Made by a program: the position numbers and the translations under genes
Notes under the pieces: generated by a model
The model's input: only the letters and a program-made list of their open reading frames with translations
Database searches by the model: none
Told to the model about the DNA's origin: nothing
NCBI GenBank assembly: GCA_000146465.1
Contig: CP001942.1
Strand: one strand, 5' to 3'
Length of the DNA stretch: 64,000 bases
Shown: positions 29,188-37,880 of the stretch, piece by piece
How positions within the stretch are numbered: the first letter of the stretch is position 1
Layout: each line of letters opens with the position of its first letter

Positions 29188-30492
29188 ATGAAGGATGTCT
29201 CTGAGATCATGAAGAAGCAGGCCACCCTCAATATCGGGACTATTGGGCATGTTGCACATGGCAAGTCCACTATTGTAAAGGCAATAAGCGGAATAAGCAC
29301 AATAAAGTTCAAGGCTGAACTTGAACGTAACATTACGATAAAGTTAGGGTATGCCAATGCCAAGATATACAAGTGTGACTCCAAATGCATCAGACCAAAC
29401 TGCTACCAGTCTTTTGGGAGTTCAAGCCCGGACCAGCTTCCTTGCAAGAAGTGTGGAGGCACCTTGAACCTGGTAAGGCATGTGTCTTTTGTGGACTGTC
29501 CTGGGCACGATGTTCTGATGGCCACGATGCTGAATGGAACAGCCATAATGGACTCAGTACTGCTTCTGATAGCAGCCAACGAACCCTGTCCACAGCCCCA
29601 GACCACTGAACATCTGTTTGCAGTGGAGATTATGAATCTCAAAAAGGTTCTTGTTGTACAGAATAAGATCGACCTTGTCTCGAGGGAGCAGGCACTGGAG
29701 CAGCATGATCAAATCCAGAAGTTCCTGAAGACTTCGAATGTTTCGGGGCCTGTAGTTCCAACGGCAGCCCAACTTGGAGTCAACATCCCAGCACTTCTGG
29801 ACTTCATTGTCAATTACATCCCAGAACCATCAAGGGACTCTGCAGCACATCCAAAGATGGTTGTCATCAGAAGTTTTGATGTCAACAGGCCTGGAACCAA
29901 GGTGAGTGATATGTCTGGAGGGGTGATTGGGGGAAGTCTTGTCACAGGAATGCTAAAGGTTGGAGACAAAATTGAGATAAGACCGGGACTGGTGACAAAG
30001 AAAAATAACAAGTTTGTATGCCGGCCTTTTGTCTCTGAGATTGTTTCTTTGAAAGCAGAAAACACAGATCTTGATGAAGCATATCCTGGAGGACTAATAG
30101 GTGTTGGAACAACAATGGATCCCTCGTTTTGTAAGGCAGACAAGCTGGTTGGGCAGGTGATGGGGAAGTTTGGGTTTCTCCCCTCAATATTCCACAGGAT
30201 AACTGTCGAGTACAGTCTTTTCCCAAAAACGACAGTCCAAGGGAACTTCAAGCTGAAGGAGGGAGAGCATGTGCTGTTGAACATAGGAAGCACAACAACA
30301 GGGAGTGTGATAGGGAAGATCGGAGAGACCATTGGGGAATTTGATCTTGTGAAGCCTGCATGCTGTGAGATTGGAGAAAGAATAGCGATATCAAGGAAGA
30401 TTAACAACCACTGGAGACTGATAGGCCACGGGGAGATCAAGAGTGGGATATGTGTTGAGCCGGAGTACAGTGTCGAAATAGATTCCAAGTAA
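29188..30492 (+). CDS. Translation initiation factor eIF2 gamma subunit
   Basis: GTP-binding GHVAHGKST, DCPGH and NKID. The eIF2-gamma zinc-ribbon cysteines are present (CDSKC...CKKCGG). The full length is colinear with eIF2-gamma. Confidence 0.95.
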   Translation: MKDVSEIMKKQATLNIGTIGHVAHGKSTIVKAISGISTIKFKAELERNITIKLGYANAKIYKCDSKCIRPNCYQSFGSSSPDQLPCKKCGGTLNLVRHVSFVDCPGHDVLMATMLNGTAIMDSVLLLIAANEPCPQPQTTEHLFAVEIMNLKKVLVVQNKIDLVSREQALEQHDQIQKFLKTSNVSGPVVPTAAQLGVNIPALLDFIVNYIPEPSRDSAAHPKMVVIRSFDVNRPGTKVSDMSGGVIGGSLVTGMLKVGDKIEIRPGLVTKKNNKFVCRPFVSEIVSLKAENTDLDEAYPGGLIGVGTTMDPSFCKADKLVGQVMGKFGFLPSIFHRITVEYSLFPKTTVQGNFKLKEGEHVLLNIGSTTTGSVIGKIGETIGEFDLVKPACCEIGERIAISRKINNHWRLIGHGEIKSGICVEPEYSVEIDSK

Positions 30493-30572
30493 CAATAAAA
30501 GGCTTGGGAAAGTACGAATAGCTATCGAAATAAAGATTATCTGTCCTTCAACATTTTAATCGGGTTCTTAAA

Positions 30573-31376
30573 TCACCTCTGAAGACATATCCGGTCCCCT
30601 GACCTGTCGAATACAATTATCCCCTTACTCAGAAGCCCATAAACTATTCTCAAGAGTGTTGCTCTGTCCATCCCCACCATCTTTCCTAGACGATCTAACT
30701 CAATGGATTCTTCAAGCACCAGATGCTTACAAATAATCTTGTTGTGAGAATCTGACAAATTCTCAATCTCCTCAATCACAAGCATCTTCTCGATGGTGCA
30801 AGAGTATTCTCTGCTTTCCTTAATATATGAAAGGGAACTGATGACATCCTCATCCGGAAGGCTTCCTTCCTCTAAAAACCTCCAAACCTTGGAAAGGAGG
30901 CTTGCATGCAGCTTCTCATATTCCATGTCATTAAACATCTTCCGAAGATCTTCAAGCCTGCTCTTCAGGTCTTCTATATCGTATTGGCTATATCTCTTCA
31001 TTTCCTCGTATTTCTGCTTCATGTTGGCTAGTTCCACTTCCAGGATGTCGCATTCCTTTTCATACTCATTGCAGAGAGATATCTTCTCTTGTTTTTTTCT
31101 CAGCTCCTCTAGCTCTGAGGAAATCTCCAATCCATATCTATCATACTCGATGCTCAGGTTGTTTAAAACATCTATCAAGGCCATGTGATCTTCAAGCATC
31201 CTTTCTTCAATTGTAGGAAACTCCATTTCTCTATACATTGTGTTTAGGTCGTCTAGTGATCTTATGGATGCTGTCCTGGGGATTTCCAGCCCCGATACTG
31301 TTTCCAGAGAAGGAAATCTCCTTGGCTCTGTGGTAGTTATTGAAGCCTCCCTTATTATGTCCTCTGGACTGCACAT
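30573..31376 (-). CDS. Hypothetical coiled-coil protein with possible C-terminal winged-helix
   Basis: 267-aa ORF with a central coiled coil. No assignable family. Confidence 0.5.
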   Translation of the reverse strand: MCSPEDIIREASITTTEPRRFPSLETVSGLEIPRTASIRSLDDLNTMYREMEFPTIEERMLEDHMALIDVLNNLSIEYDRYGLEISSELEELRKKQEKISLCNEYEKECDILEVELANMKQKYEEMKRYSQYDIEDLKSRLEDLRKMFNDMEYEKLHASLLSKVWRFLEEGSLPDEDVISSLSYIKESREYSCTIEKMLVIEEIENLSDSHNKIICKHLVLEESIELDRLGKMVGMDRATLLRIVYGLLSKGIIVFDRSGDRICLQR

Positions 31377-31433
31377 CTAGGGGATCGACCGTCTGTAAGT
31401 TCTATTGGCTTAAGCAAAAAATCTTAGAGTCCC

Positions 31434-31877
31434 ATGCCTTATGGCCAAGAAGACATTGGGATTCCAAGGGATGGCGAGGCTTTCATGAGATACCGAGAAA
31501 AAAGAATCCAAGAGCTAAGCGGAAATGTAGAGGACATCACATCCGAGAGGGAGTTGATAGAGAAGACCAAGTCACTGAAAATGATAGTCCATTTCTACAA
31601 GCCAGAGTTTGGCCGCTGCCAGACGATGGACAAGAGGGTAAGAGAGATAAAGAATTGCTTTCCAGAAATTAGATTCTATAGAGTAAATGCCGAGATATGT
31701 CCGGTTGTAACAAGAAAGCTTGAGATAAGAGTTTTGCCATTTCTGGGATTCTTCAAGGACGGATACTTTGTGGACCAGGTTGTTGGCTTTGAGAAGCTTG
31801 GAGATAATCTGGACCTGGAAGCTCTTAAGAAAAGGATTTCAGACAGCAACATATTTAAACCTATATCCAGCATATGA
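31434..31877 (+). CDS. Thioredoxin-fold phosducin-like protein (TXNDC9/Plp1 family)
   Basis: Thioredoxin-like fold without CxxC: HFYKPEFGRCQTMDKRV...FYRVNAEICPVVTRKLEIRVLPFLGFFKDGYFVDQVVGFEKLG matches the TXNDC9 pattern. Confidence 0.6.
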   Translation: MPYGQEDIGIPRDGEAFMRYREKRIQELSGNVEDITSERELIEKTKSLKMIVHFYKPEFGRCQTMDKRVREIKNCFPEIRFYRVNAEICPVVTRKLEIRVLPFLGFFKDGYFVDQVVGFEKLGDNLDLEALKKRISDSNIFKPISSI

Positions 31878-32860
31878 TTAAATGGAATTTCTCCGAGATT
31901 TTTCTACAAAAGGGCGATGGAAACTATCCCCATCCGATGACATCTGAGCGTTGCAATCAGGATGTGCAATGCGACAGTGATTCTAAAAGGATAGAAGGTA
32001 TACTGGAAAAGTGTTTTGAAGGGCCTTATGATCCGGAACGAAGATATATCATATGTATTCAAGGGCCCACCTCAAGTGGAAAAAGCACGTTTGCAAGGAG
32101 ACTTCATGGGCTACTAAATAGAAACGGGATCAACACATATTTGCTTGCGTTAGACTCCTATTACTTCAAACCTATAAACCCAGACCTTGATGAAGAAGAT
32201 TACGACTTTGACAATCCGGCTGCACTCGATTGGGAAAGCATCTTCTGTGTTCTGAAGAGACTAAGAGACAAAAGTCCGTTTCTTGAGCACAGAACATACT
32301 CTGGATCCACCTATGGGAAGGCCTTTGTTTGGAAGGAGAAAAATTCCATGCCTAATGTTGTAATAATAGAAGGAGTTCAGGGATTCAACACGGTTTGCGA
32401 TAAGATTTTCAACATCGAGATGTTTGATCCGTACCACAGTAGTAAGCCCATTGAAGACGAGTTTGTGGACAGATCCCTTGATCTGGGAGACTTCAAGATC
32501 CTTAAGATCTTCATGGCAAACTGTGCCTCTAAGGTCCTTTCAGTGAGGCTTAGAAGAGATGAAATGAGGGGAAGAAAGAGAGATGCAATAATTAGAAGGT
32601 TTTATTCGAAGACATTACCCAGCATGCTAAGATGGATATATTCCCCGATGTACACCGAGTTCATCAAGGTTATTCATGGAAACTTCAACAGCAAGAAGAT
32701 CGAATTGCTTATGAATGAGCTAAGCCTGTATTTCTTTGGAAAAGAGATACCTACAGAAGAGACCAAGGAAATGGACCTCTATCAGGAATTTGGAGTTGAA
32801 TGCACTGGGGAGTGCAGGTATGGAGAAGGGCCCTACATTTCTCTAGATGACAAGGTGTAA
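31874..32860 (+). CDS. Uridine-cytidine kinase / phosphoribulokinase-family nucleoside kinase
   Basis: Colinear with UCK2: the P-loop CIQGPTSSGKST, LALDSYYF (UCK ILSQDSFY), FDNPAALDW (FDHPDAFD) and VVIIEGVQGF (VVLFEGILAF). ATGA stop/start overlap with the upstream gene. True start may be a downstream Met. Confidence 0.6.
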   Translation: MIKWNFSEIFLQKGDGNYPHPMTSERCNQDVQCDSDSKRIEGILEKCFEGPYDPERRYIICIQGPTSSGKSTFARRLHGLLNRNGINTYLLALDSYYFKPINPDLDEEDYDFDNPAALDWESIFCVLKRLRDKSPFLEHRTYSGSTYGKAFVWKEKNSMPNVVIIEGVQGFNTVCDKIFNIEMFDPYHSSKPIEDEFVDRSLDLGDFKILKIFMANCASKVLSVRLRRDEMRGRKRDAIIRRFYSKTLPSMLRWIYSPMYTEFIKVIHGNFNSKKIELLMNELSLYFFGKEIPTEETKEMDLYQEFGVECTGECRYGEGPYISLDDKV

Positions 32861-32886
32861 GACTCGGCATCTGGAAGAGTCCCTGA

Positions 32887-33330
32887 TCACAGGAACAAGT
32901 CTTCGTAGAAGTAGAAGAGAAGAGAGATCCCACTTAGGAACAAATATGTTATGGACCAGAAGATGAAGTGGCTTTTTTTATGGACAGCCATGAAACTGAA
33001 CATGTAGAATGCATGGAATGCAACGAAGGTCAAATTTGCAAAACTCTTGATTTCGAACTCCATGTCGAACAACGGCTTCAGGCCGAGGATGATGCATGCC
33101 AAGCTCAAGCCGTAAAGTACAACTATCATTAAAATCTTTGTGAATCCCCAATGAACTCTTTCTTCGTGACTGCTGGCATAGTCTTCTGCTGGCATTTGTT
33201 TCCTGATTTGAAAGTGTTTTATAGTTTCTCGAGTTTGAAACAGAAGGTTGTTTCTGGAAATAGAGGAAATGTTTTGGTATAAAGTTAGTTTCTTTTTAAT
33301 TGAAGGATTTGGCGGTTTTTTAGACTTCAA
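32887..33330 (-). CDS. Hypothetical small polytopic membrane protein (3-4 TM)
   Basis: Three strongly hydrophobic segments (ILMIVVLYGLSLACIILGL, LTFVAFHAFYMFSFMAV, IFWSITYLFLSGISLLFYFY). The start is ambiguous (33330 or the internal Met at 33195). Confidence 0.45.
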   Translation of the reverse strand: MKSKKPPNPSIKKKLTLYQNISSISRNNLLFQTRETIKHFQIRKQMPAEDYASSHEERVHWGFTKILMIVVLYGLSLACIILGLKPLFDMEFEIKSFANLTFVAFHAFYMFSFMAVHKKSHFIFWSITYLFLSGISLLFYFYEDLFL

Positions 33331-33361
33331 AGTATAAAAGGCGGCTCAGCCCCTTGAGCAG

Positions 33362-34048
33362 ATGACAAGGGGAGTTCTGAGGTTTGTGACTTCTCCGATG
33401 AACTCTGGAAAGACAACTAGTATGCTGCTGAAGGCAAGGCATGCCTCCTCCCTAGGAAGAAAGGTGCTCCTTGTGAAACCCCAGACCGATACAAGATACA
33501 AAGGATCTGTGATAAAATCACGATGTGGGACCGAGATGGAATGCAACCTGTATGTTGACTCTAAGTTTAACTTCAAGAGGGATGTTTCTTACAAGGGCGT
33601 GGACATGGTGTTTATAGATGAGGCACAGTTTCTGAGCTCTAAACAAATAGAGGAACTGAGAGAGGTTGTGGATATCTATGGAGTTTCGGTGTGGTGCTAT
33701 GGGCTTCTTACAGATTTCAAGAAGAATCTTTTTGAAGGATCGAGACGACTGGTTGAACTGTGTGACAAGATGTCTGAGTTTGACATTCTGTGTTACTTCT
33801 GTATGGAGAGCGGGAGATTCCACTTGAAGTACATTGATGGAAAGGCGGATACTTCTGGACCCTCCATCGATGTCTGCGAGGAAGGAAATGAGAAGTTTGT
33901 TTCTGTATGCCATGTTTGTTGGGTGGAGAAGACGACATCTGAGGAAGCTCGGTTTTCGAAACTCTACAATAGAAGTATTTCCGTGGACAAACAATGTGTT
34001 TCATACTCTGGACCCTCTATGAATGAATTTACAAACATGGTACCCTGA
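33362..34048 (+). CDS. Thymidine kinase (TK1-type)
   Basis: The P-loop SPMNSGKTT (TK1 GPMFSGKST), IDEAQF, and a C-terminal zinc-ribbon CxxC...CxxC (CYFC...CHVC). Confidence 0.85.
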   Translation: MTRGVLRFVTSPMNSGKTTSMLLKARHASSLGRKVLLVKPQTDTRYKGSVIKSRCGTEMECNLYVDSKFNFKRDVSYKGVDMVFIDEAQFLSSKQIEELREVVDIYGVSVWCYGLLTDFKKNLFEGSRRLVELCDKMSEFDILCYFCMESGRFHLKYIDGKADTSGPSIDVCEEGNEKFVSVCHVCWVEKTTSEEARFSKLYNRSISVDKQCVSYSGPSMNEFTNMVP

Positions 34049-34051
34049 ACA

Positions 34052-35059
34052 ATGAAGAAGATCGTTGCTTATGGGGCCACACATTTCATCCTACTTGCTA
34101 TATACACTATGAAGGTAACTCATGGGAGCTGGACTATGTACAATATCCTTACGACTACAACACGCAACAGCACAGTGCACATCCTCCACGCCACATTTCT
34201 GATTTTCCTGATGTGTTCCTTGGCAGGCTTGGTAATAGATAGAGTGTTCAAAAGCCTCCGGCCCGAGGAGATAAGCAACTTCAACGAGTCTCTGCTCTAT
34301 TTCTTGACCGACTTTCTTCTTGTTGTATCTACGTTTGACAGCGATGTCAGTTTCAGGAATGGTCTTCTCTTTGTTATGCTCCTCTGTGTGAAGTCTCTGA
34401 ACTGGCTGCTGGTCTCAAGGATCAAAAGGAATGTCTATCCCTCCTTGTATGGGCTTGCATATGGGATATCCCTATTCTCTGGGCTTATGGTGGTTTTGTT
34501 CACCCTTTCTTGCATTTCTTCCATCACTGGCCAGATCCTCTTTCTTTTCGAATACACTCTTCTTGTGATTGCCTCTATAAAGAACATATGTGTCATGAAC
34601 TTGATTCAGTCTGATGACGATGGTAAGAGATCTCTGTACAACTTCTATATTGACATAGCCTACATGAGTATCATGCTTCTTGTTTATGCTCTATTCATAG
34701 GAATCACCTCCATCAACTACAGGCTTCCCCTGAATCTCTTCCGGTCTGCATTGACGATATTGGATGCCTTGATTTCGAAGGTTAAGATGTTTCTCAGCTA
34801 TCTCAGACTATGCAAGGAGCTTGAGAAGTGTGTAGAAGGGTCGGGAGATGGCTTCTGTGCAATCTGCAGAGATGATATGGAGGTCGGGAAAAAGCTGGCC
34901 TGTGGGCACTGCTTCCACATCGAATGCCTGAAGATGTGGTGTGAGCAGCAGCAGACATGTCCAATATGCAAGTCCAAGCTTGCCTTCGATGTCAAAAAGG
35001 AGAGTTTTGTTGTGGGAAATGAATACATCTCGGGAATTCCTGTGACAATCGACGGCTAA
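34052..35059 (+). CDS. HRD1: ERAD E3 ubiquitin ligase Hrd1 (synoviolin-type, polytopic membrane + RING-H2)
   Basis: About 6 TM segments, then the RING-H2 CAICRDDMEVGKKLACGHCFHIECLKMWCEQQQTCPICK. Only 3 nt separate it from the upstream stop codon. Confidence 0.65.
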   Translation: MKKIVAYGATHFILLAIYTMKVTHGSWTMYNILTTTTRNSTVHILHATFLIFLMCSLAGLVIDRVFKSLRPEEISNFNESLLYFLTDFLLVVSTFDSDVSFRNGLLFVMLLCVKSLNWLLVSRIKRNVYPSLYGLAYGISLFSGLMVVLFTLSCISSITGQILFLFEYTLLVIASIKNICVMNLIQSDDDGKRSLYNFYIDIAYMSIMLLVYALFIGITSINYRLPLNLFRSALTILDALISKVKMFLSYLRLCKELEKCVEGSGDGFCAICRDDMEVGKKLACGHCFHIECLKMWCEQQQTCPICKSKLAFDVKKESFVVGNEYISGIPVTIDG

Positions 35060-35077
35060 AAATAACAATAAAGGATT

Positions 35078-35794
35078 TTATTCTTTGGAATCTAAGGTCT
35101 TTGGCAAATTCTTTATCTCCTTGACTTTTTCTATGGTTTCACTGCCTATCTTGACCAGATGGACTCCAGAGCGTGAATCTTGAGACTTAGTCACATGATA
35201 CTTGTGCCGAACTACAACTCCGTTTCTTTCTCCCTGTATGTTAATCACTGCCTCCTTCATTCCAGAGGACAGCCTGTATAACCCAGCCTTCTTTGCTGCA
35301 GAATAGGGGAATTTGGAGGGATACACACGCCTCTCTCCAAATTCATTTGAAATCTCTTCTCCTTCGTCATTGACTTCGATGAAGTTTATCTTTGTGGTGT
35401 AGTAGTAGGACGCCTTTTTGCTCATCACTCGGAACTTATCACTCAAGTCGATGTGCTTCCTGTCCTCTTTGAACACATCCTTGTACTTCTCCAGAATCTC
35501 TTTCCATTTCCCATGCCCAAACTCCTTGATTCCTTTGATCAGTGCTTCCGACTCCTCGGGTGTCCAAGGTTTAGGTTTTCTCCTTGGATTTTTAGTATAG
35601 GTCCTTACAAAAAGGTTTTCACTAACATGCTTTTTTCTTGGAACTTTGCTGTAAATGTGCAGTTTGATTTTCGAAGATGGTCTACTGCATTCTCCGCCCT
35701 CCATTATGAGGGGCTGCAGTTCTCGGCAAATTCCATATGGATTTCGCCTGCTTAATTGCTTTACTGCTATTCTGTGGAGAATGGCTCTTTTCAT
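35078..35794 (-). CDS. Myb/SANT-domain DNA-binding protein (TRF/Tbf1-like single Myb)
   Basis: WTPEESEALIKGIKEFGHGKWKEILEKY...R...DLSDKFR is a Myb-like repeat. Confidence 0.55.
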   Translation of the reverse strand: MKRAILHRIAVKQLSRRNPYGICRELQPLIMEGGECSRPSSKIKLHIYSKVPRKKHVSENLFVRTYTKNPRRKPKPWTPEESEALIKGIKEFGHGKWKEILEKYKDVFKEDRKHIDLSDKFRVMSKKASYYYTTKINFIEVNDEGEEISNEFGERRVYPSKFPYSAAKKAGLYRLSSGMKEAVINIQGERNGVVVRHKYHVTKSQDSRSGVHLVKIGSETIEKVKEIKNLPKTLDSKE

Positions 35795-35797
35795 GCC

Positions 35798-36370
35798 CTA
35801 TGGATCCATGCAGATTTCGTACGGATGCTTTCTTAGATGGTTTTTTATGGCATGTTTCCACTCATACTCCAGCACCTTATCTTCCATGTAGACTGTCGAG
35901 ATAGGATTCACTTCCACAAGCCCATCATCCAGAGAGACCTTGTACTGGTGCATCTTACTAACAGAATCGAAATGTGTGCCCACAAAGATGTCTTCCCTCT
36001 CCAGATACTCTTTTCTATTCTTCTCAACCATCCTTTTCAGCATCGGGAGAGGATCAACACAAAAGAAGTATACAATCCTTCCATTTCTGTAGATTGGCAT
36101 TCCATACATGTTGACCACAATTGCATGCTTCATATCAAACTCCCTTAAACACCTATCCTGAATGTTTTCGTAGTACTGTCTTTTTATCTCTCGTTCGTCC
36201 TTATCCGATCCAAGATATCTTCCATACTTCTCTAGTATCATAGCCCAGTTTGTGCCAAAGCAGAGTATACCGGTGTCCAGGGCGTCCAACTCGGAGTCTT
36301 TCCACTGTGGAAGAACTTTTTTTTTTGGAATGGTGTGGAAATGAGCATTCCTTTTGGAACTGTTTTCCAT
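35798..36370 (-). CDS. Myb/SANT-domain protein (tandem neighbour of the previous gene)
   Basis: WKDSELDALDTGILCFGTNWAMILEKYGRYLGSDKDEREIKRQY is a Myb-like repeat. Start set at MENSSK, because the longer ORF (to 36520) would run through the tRNA gene. Confidence 0.5.
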   Translation of the reverse strand: MENSSKRNAHFHTIPKKKVLPQWKDSELDALDTGILCFGTNWAMILEKYGRYLGSDKDEREIKRQYYENIQDRCLREFDMKHAIVVNMYGMPIYRNGRIVYFFCVDPLPMLKRMVEKNRKEYLEREDIFVGTHFDSVSKMHQYKVSLDDGLVEVNPISTVYMEDKVLEYEWKHAIKNHLRKHPYEICMDP

Positions 36371-36443
36371 GTATGCTGGGTGAAGAAGGATTTTAAAGTC
36401 TTGAAGTGATGTGGTACCTTGCTTGTGTGCAAAGGACACTTTA

Positions 36444-36525
36444 GAAGGTGTGGCCGAGTGGTTATGGCGTTGGTCTAGAAAACCAATGGGCACCGCCCTC
36501 ACAGGTTCGAATCCTGTCACCTTCG
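36444..36525 (+). tRNA. tRNA-Ser (anticodon AGA)
   Basis: Cloverleaf readable by eye. Acceptor GAAGGTG/CACCTTC. D-arm GCCGAGTGGTTATGGC. Anticodon stem TTGGT/ACCAA with loop CTAGAAA. Long variable arm GGGCACCGCCCTC. T-arm ACAGG-TTCGAAT-CCTGT. Discriminator G. Confidence 0.8.
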
Positions 36526-36526
36526 C

Positions 36527-36532
36527 TTTTTT
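36527..36532 (+). terminator. RNA polymerase III T6 terminator of the tRNA-Ser gene
   Basis: TTTTTT run starts 2 nt after the discriminator base and lies 14 nt before the next ATG. Confidence 0.5.
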
Positions 36533-36545
36533 GTTGCAAATCCCT

Positions 36546-37862
36546 ATGAAATCCCAGTGTCTTCAGCCCATGAACTGCCAAATATGCACAGGAGCCATGG
36601 ACATCTTTGCAACATACACCTGTGGCCACCAGCTATGCATGACATGCTCTGCAAGACTTGTGTTTCTATATATGCAACCAAACTGTCCTTTGTGCAGAAG
36701 GCCTTCCAAGTCTGTTGTTTTTTCATCACTCCTAACAACTGGAAAGTCTTCCAAACGGCCATGGAAGGGCAGGAAGGTTCCGGTAGATGTCTTCTACGAA
36801 GGAGACTATGCGAGAGAGAAGATGGAGGACCTTCTGTCCAACAAGTGCCAAAAGTGCTACGCCAAGCTTGGAACTTTGATGGAGCTCAAGAAACACTACA
36901 CACAGCATGGACTTGTTCTTTGCTTTGAATGCATCAAAAACAGAAAGGACTTCTGGAATGAAATCAAACTCTATAGAAGTGACACAATCCGAGACCACAA
37001 GAATGGAAGTCTTCGGGAAGAAGGATTTGAAGGACATGTGTTCTGCATTCATTGTAAAATCTATCTATTTGATTCCGACGACGCAAAGAGACACTGTAAC
37101 CTCAAGCACGAGCTGTGCCATGTTTGTGACATGACAGGAACAAAATATCAGTACTATAATGGCTTTAAGGACTTGGAAACACACTACAAAAGTGCCCATT
37201 ACTGCTGCAGCTTCCAGACATGCCAGACAAACAAGTGCTATGTATTTCCCTATCAAACAGAGCTTTTCGAGCATCTCACCAGGTTCCATGGAGTGGATAT
37301 CAGACTGCTGGAGATTCCAATGGCTGGGAAATGCAATGTTCCTGTGATGAACCCGTTCAAGAGGAGACGGCAACTTCCCCAGGTGAGTGTGGTAGATCCA
37401 AGTGGAAGAGAAGTCCGATCTCAGCTCCCTCCAGGCCCCAATGTATCTCAAAGGATGGATACTTCCAATACTGGGTCTGGGCTTCCTGGATACTTGGATA
37501 GAGCCATTTTAGAGGAAGAAAGAAGAAAACAGCAGAGGCGTAGAATGGCTATAGACCGCATATGCAAGGGGGCTGCGGATGAGGTAGAGGAAATTGTAAA
37601 CGGGTTTCTAGAGGGCTCCATGGATGTCAAGGAAGCATTCAACAAAGTGTCGGGAACAGTTGGTGATGCATTAGCACTTAAACTATTTGAGTCGGGGCAC
37701 TTTGGGCCTAAACAGAGTGTGGTAGAGGGTAGCATAAAGGCCTTGAGGAAGGAAGTCATGTTTCCAAAGTTCACCTCGGAGGAGCCTACAAGATATAAAG
37801 AGCCCGAGAAGAAAAAGAACCCTGGATTCAGAGTCATAGATCTACACCAAAGAAAGCAATAA
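36546..37862 (+). CDS. RING-type E3 ligase with multiple C2H2 fingers, Hel2/ZNF598-like (ribosome quality control)
   Basis: N-terminal RING CQICTGAMDIFATYTCGHQLCMTCSARLVFLYMQPNCPLCR followed by several C2H2/CxxC-HxxxH repeats. Start placed after the tRNA. Confidence 0.55.
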   Translation: MKSQCLQPMNCQICTGAMDIFATYTCGHQLCMTCSARLVFLYMQPNCPLCRRPSKSVVFSSLLTTGKSSKRPWKGRKVPVDVFYEGDYAREKMEDLLSNKCQKCYAKLGTLMELKKHYTQHGLVLCFECIKNRKDFWNEIKLYRSDTIRDHKNGSLREEGFEGHVFCIHCKIYLFDSDDAKRHCNLKHELCHVCDMTGTKYQYYNGFKDLETHYKSAHYCCSFQTCQTNKCYVFPYQTELFEHLTRFHGVDIRLLEIPMAGKCNVPVMNPFKRRRQLPQVSVVDPSGREVRSQLPPGPNVSQRMDTSNTGSGLPGYLDRAILEEERRKQQRRRMAIDRICKGAADEVEEIVNGFLEGSMDVKEAFNKVSGTVGDALALKLFESGHFGPKQSVVEGSIKALRKEVMFPKFTSEEPTRYKEPEKKKNPGFRVIDLHQRKQ

Positions 37863-37880
37863 AACAAGCTAAAAACATCT

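Noticed and set aside
29385-30488. ORFs overlapping eIF2-gamma on both strands (29385..29609, 29403..29642, 29814..30488 minus, and others)
   Set aside because: They lie entirely within a highly conserved, confidently assigned CDS. Their compositions are Pro/Ser/Leu-rich frame artefacts.
36371-36545. Long ORFs in the six-frame track running through the tRNA-Ser gene (35798..36520 minus; 36411..37862 plus N-terminus)
   Set aside because: The overlapping segments encode the tRNA on the other strand or the same DNA. Conserved protein features (Myb repeat, RING finger) begin only after internal Met codons. Both ORFs were trimmed to 36370 and 36546.
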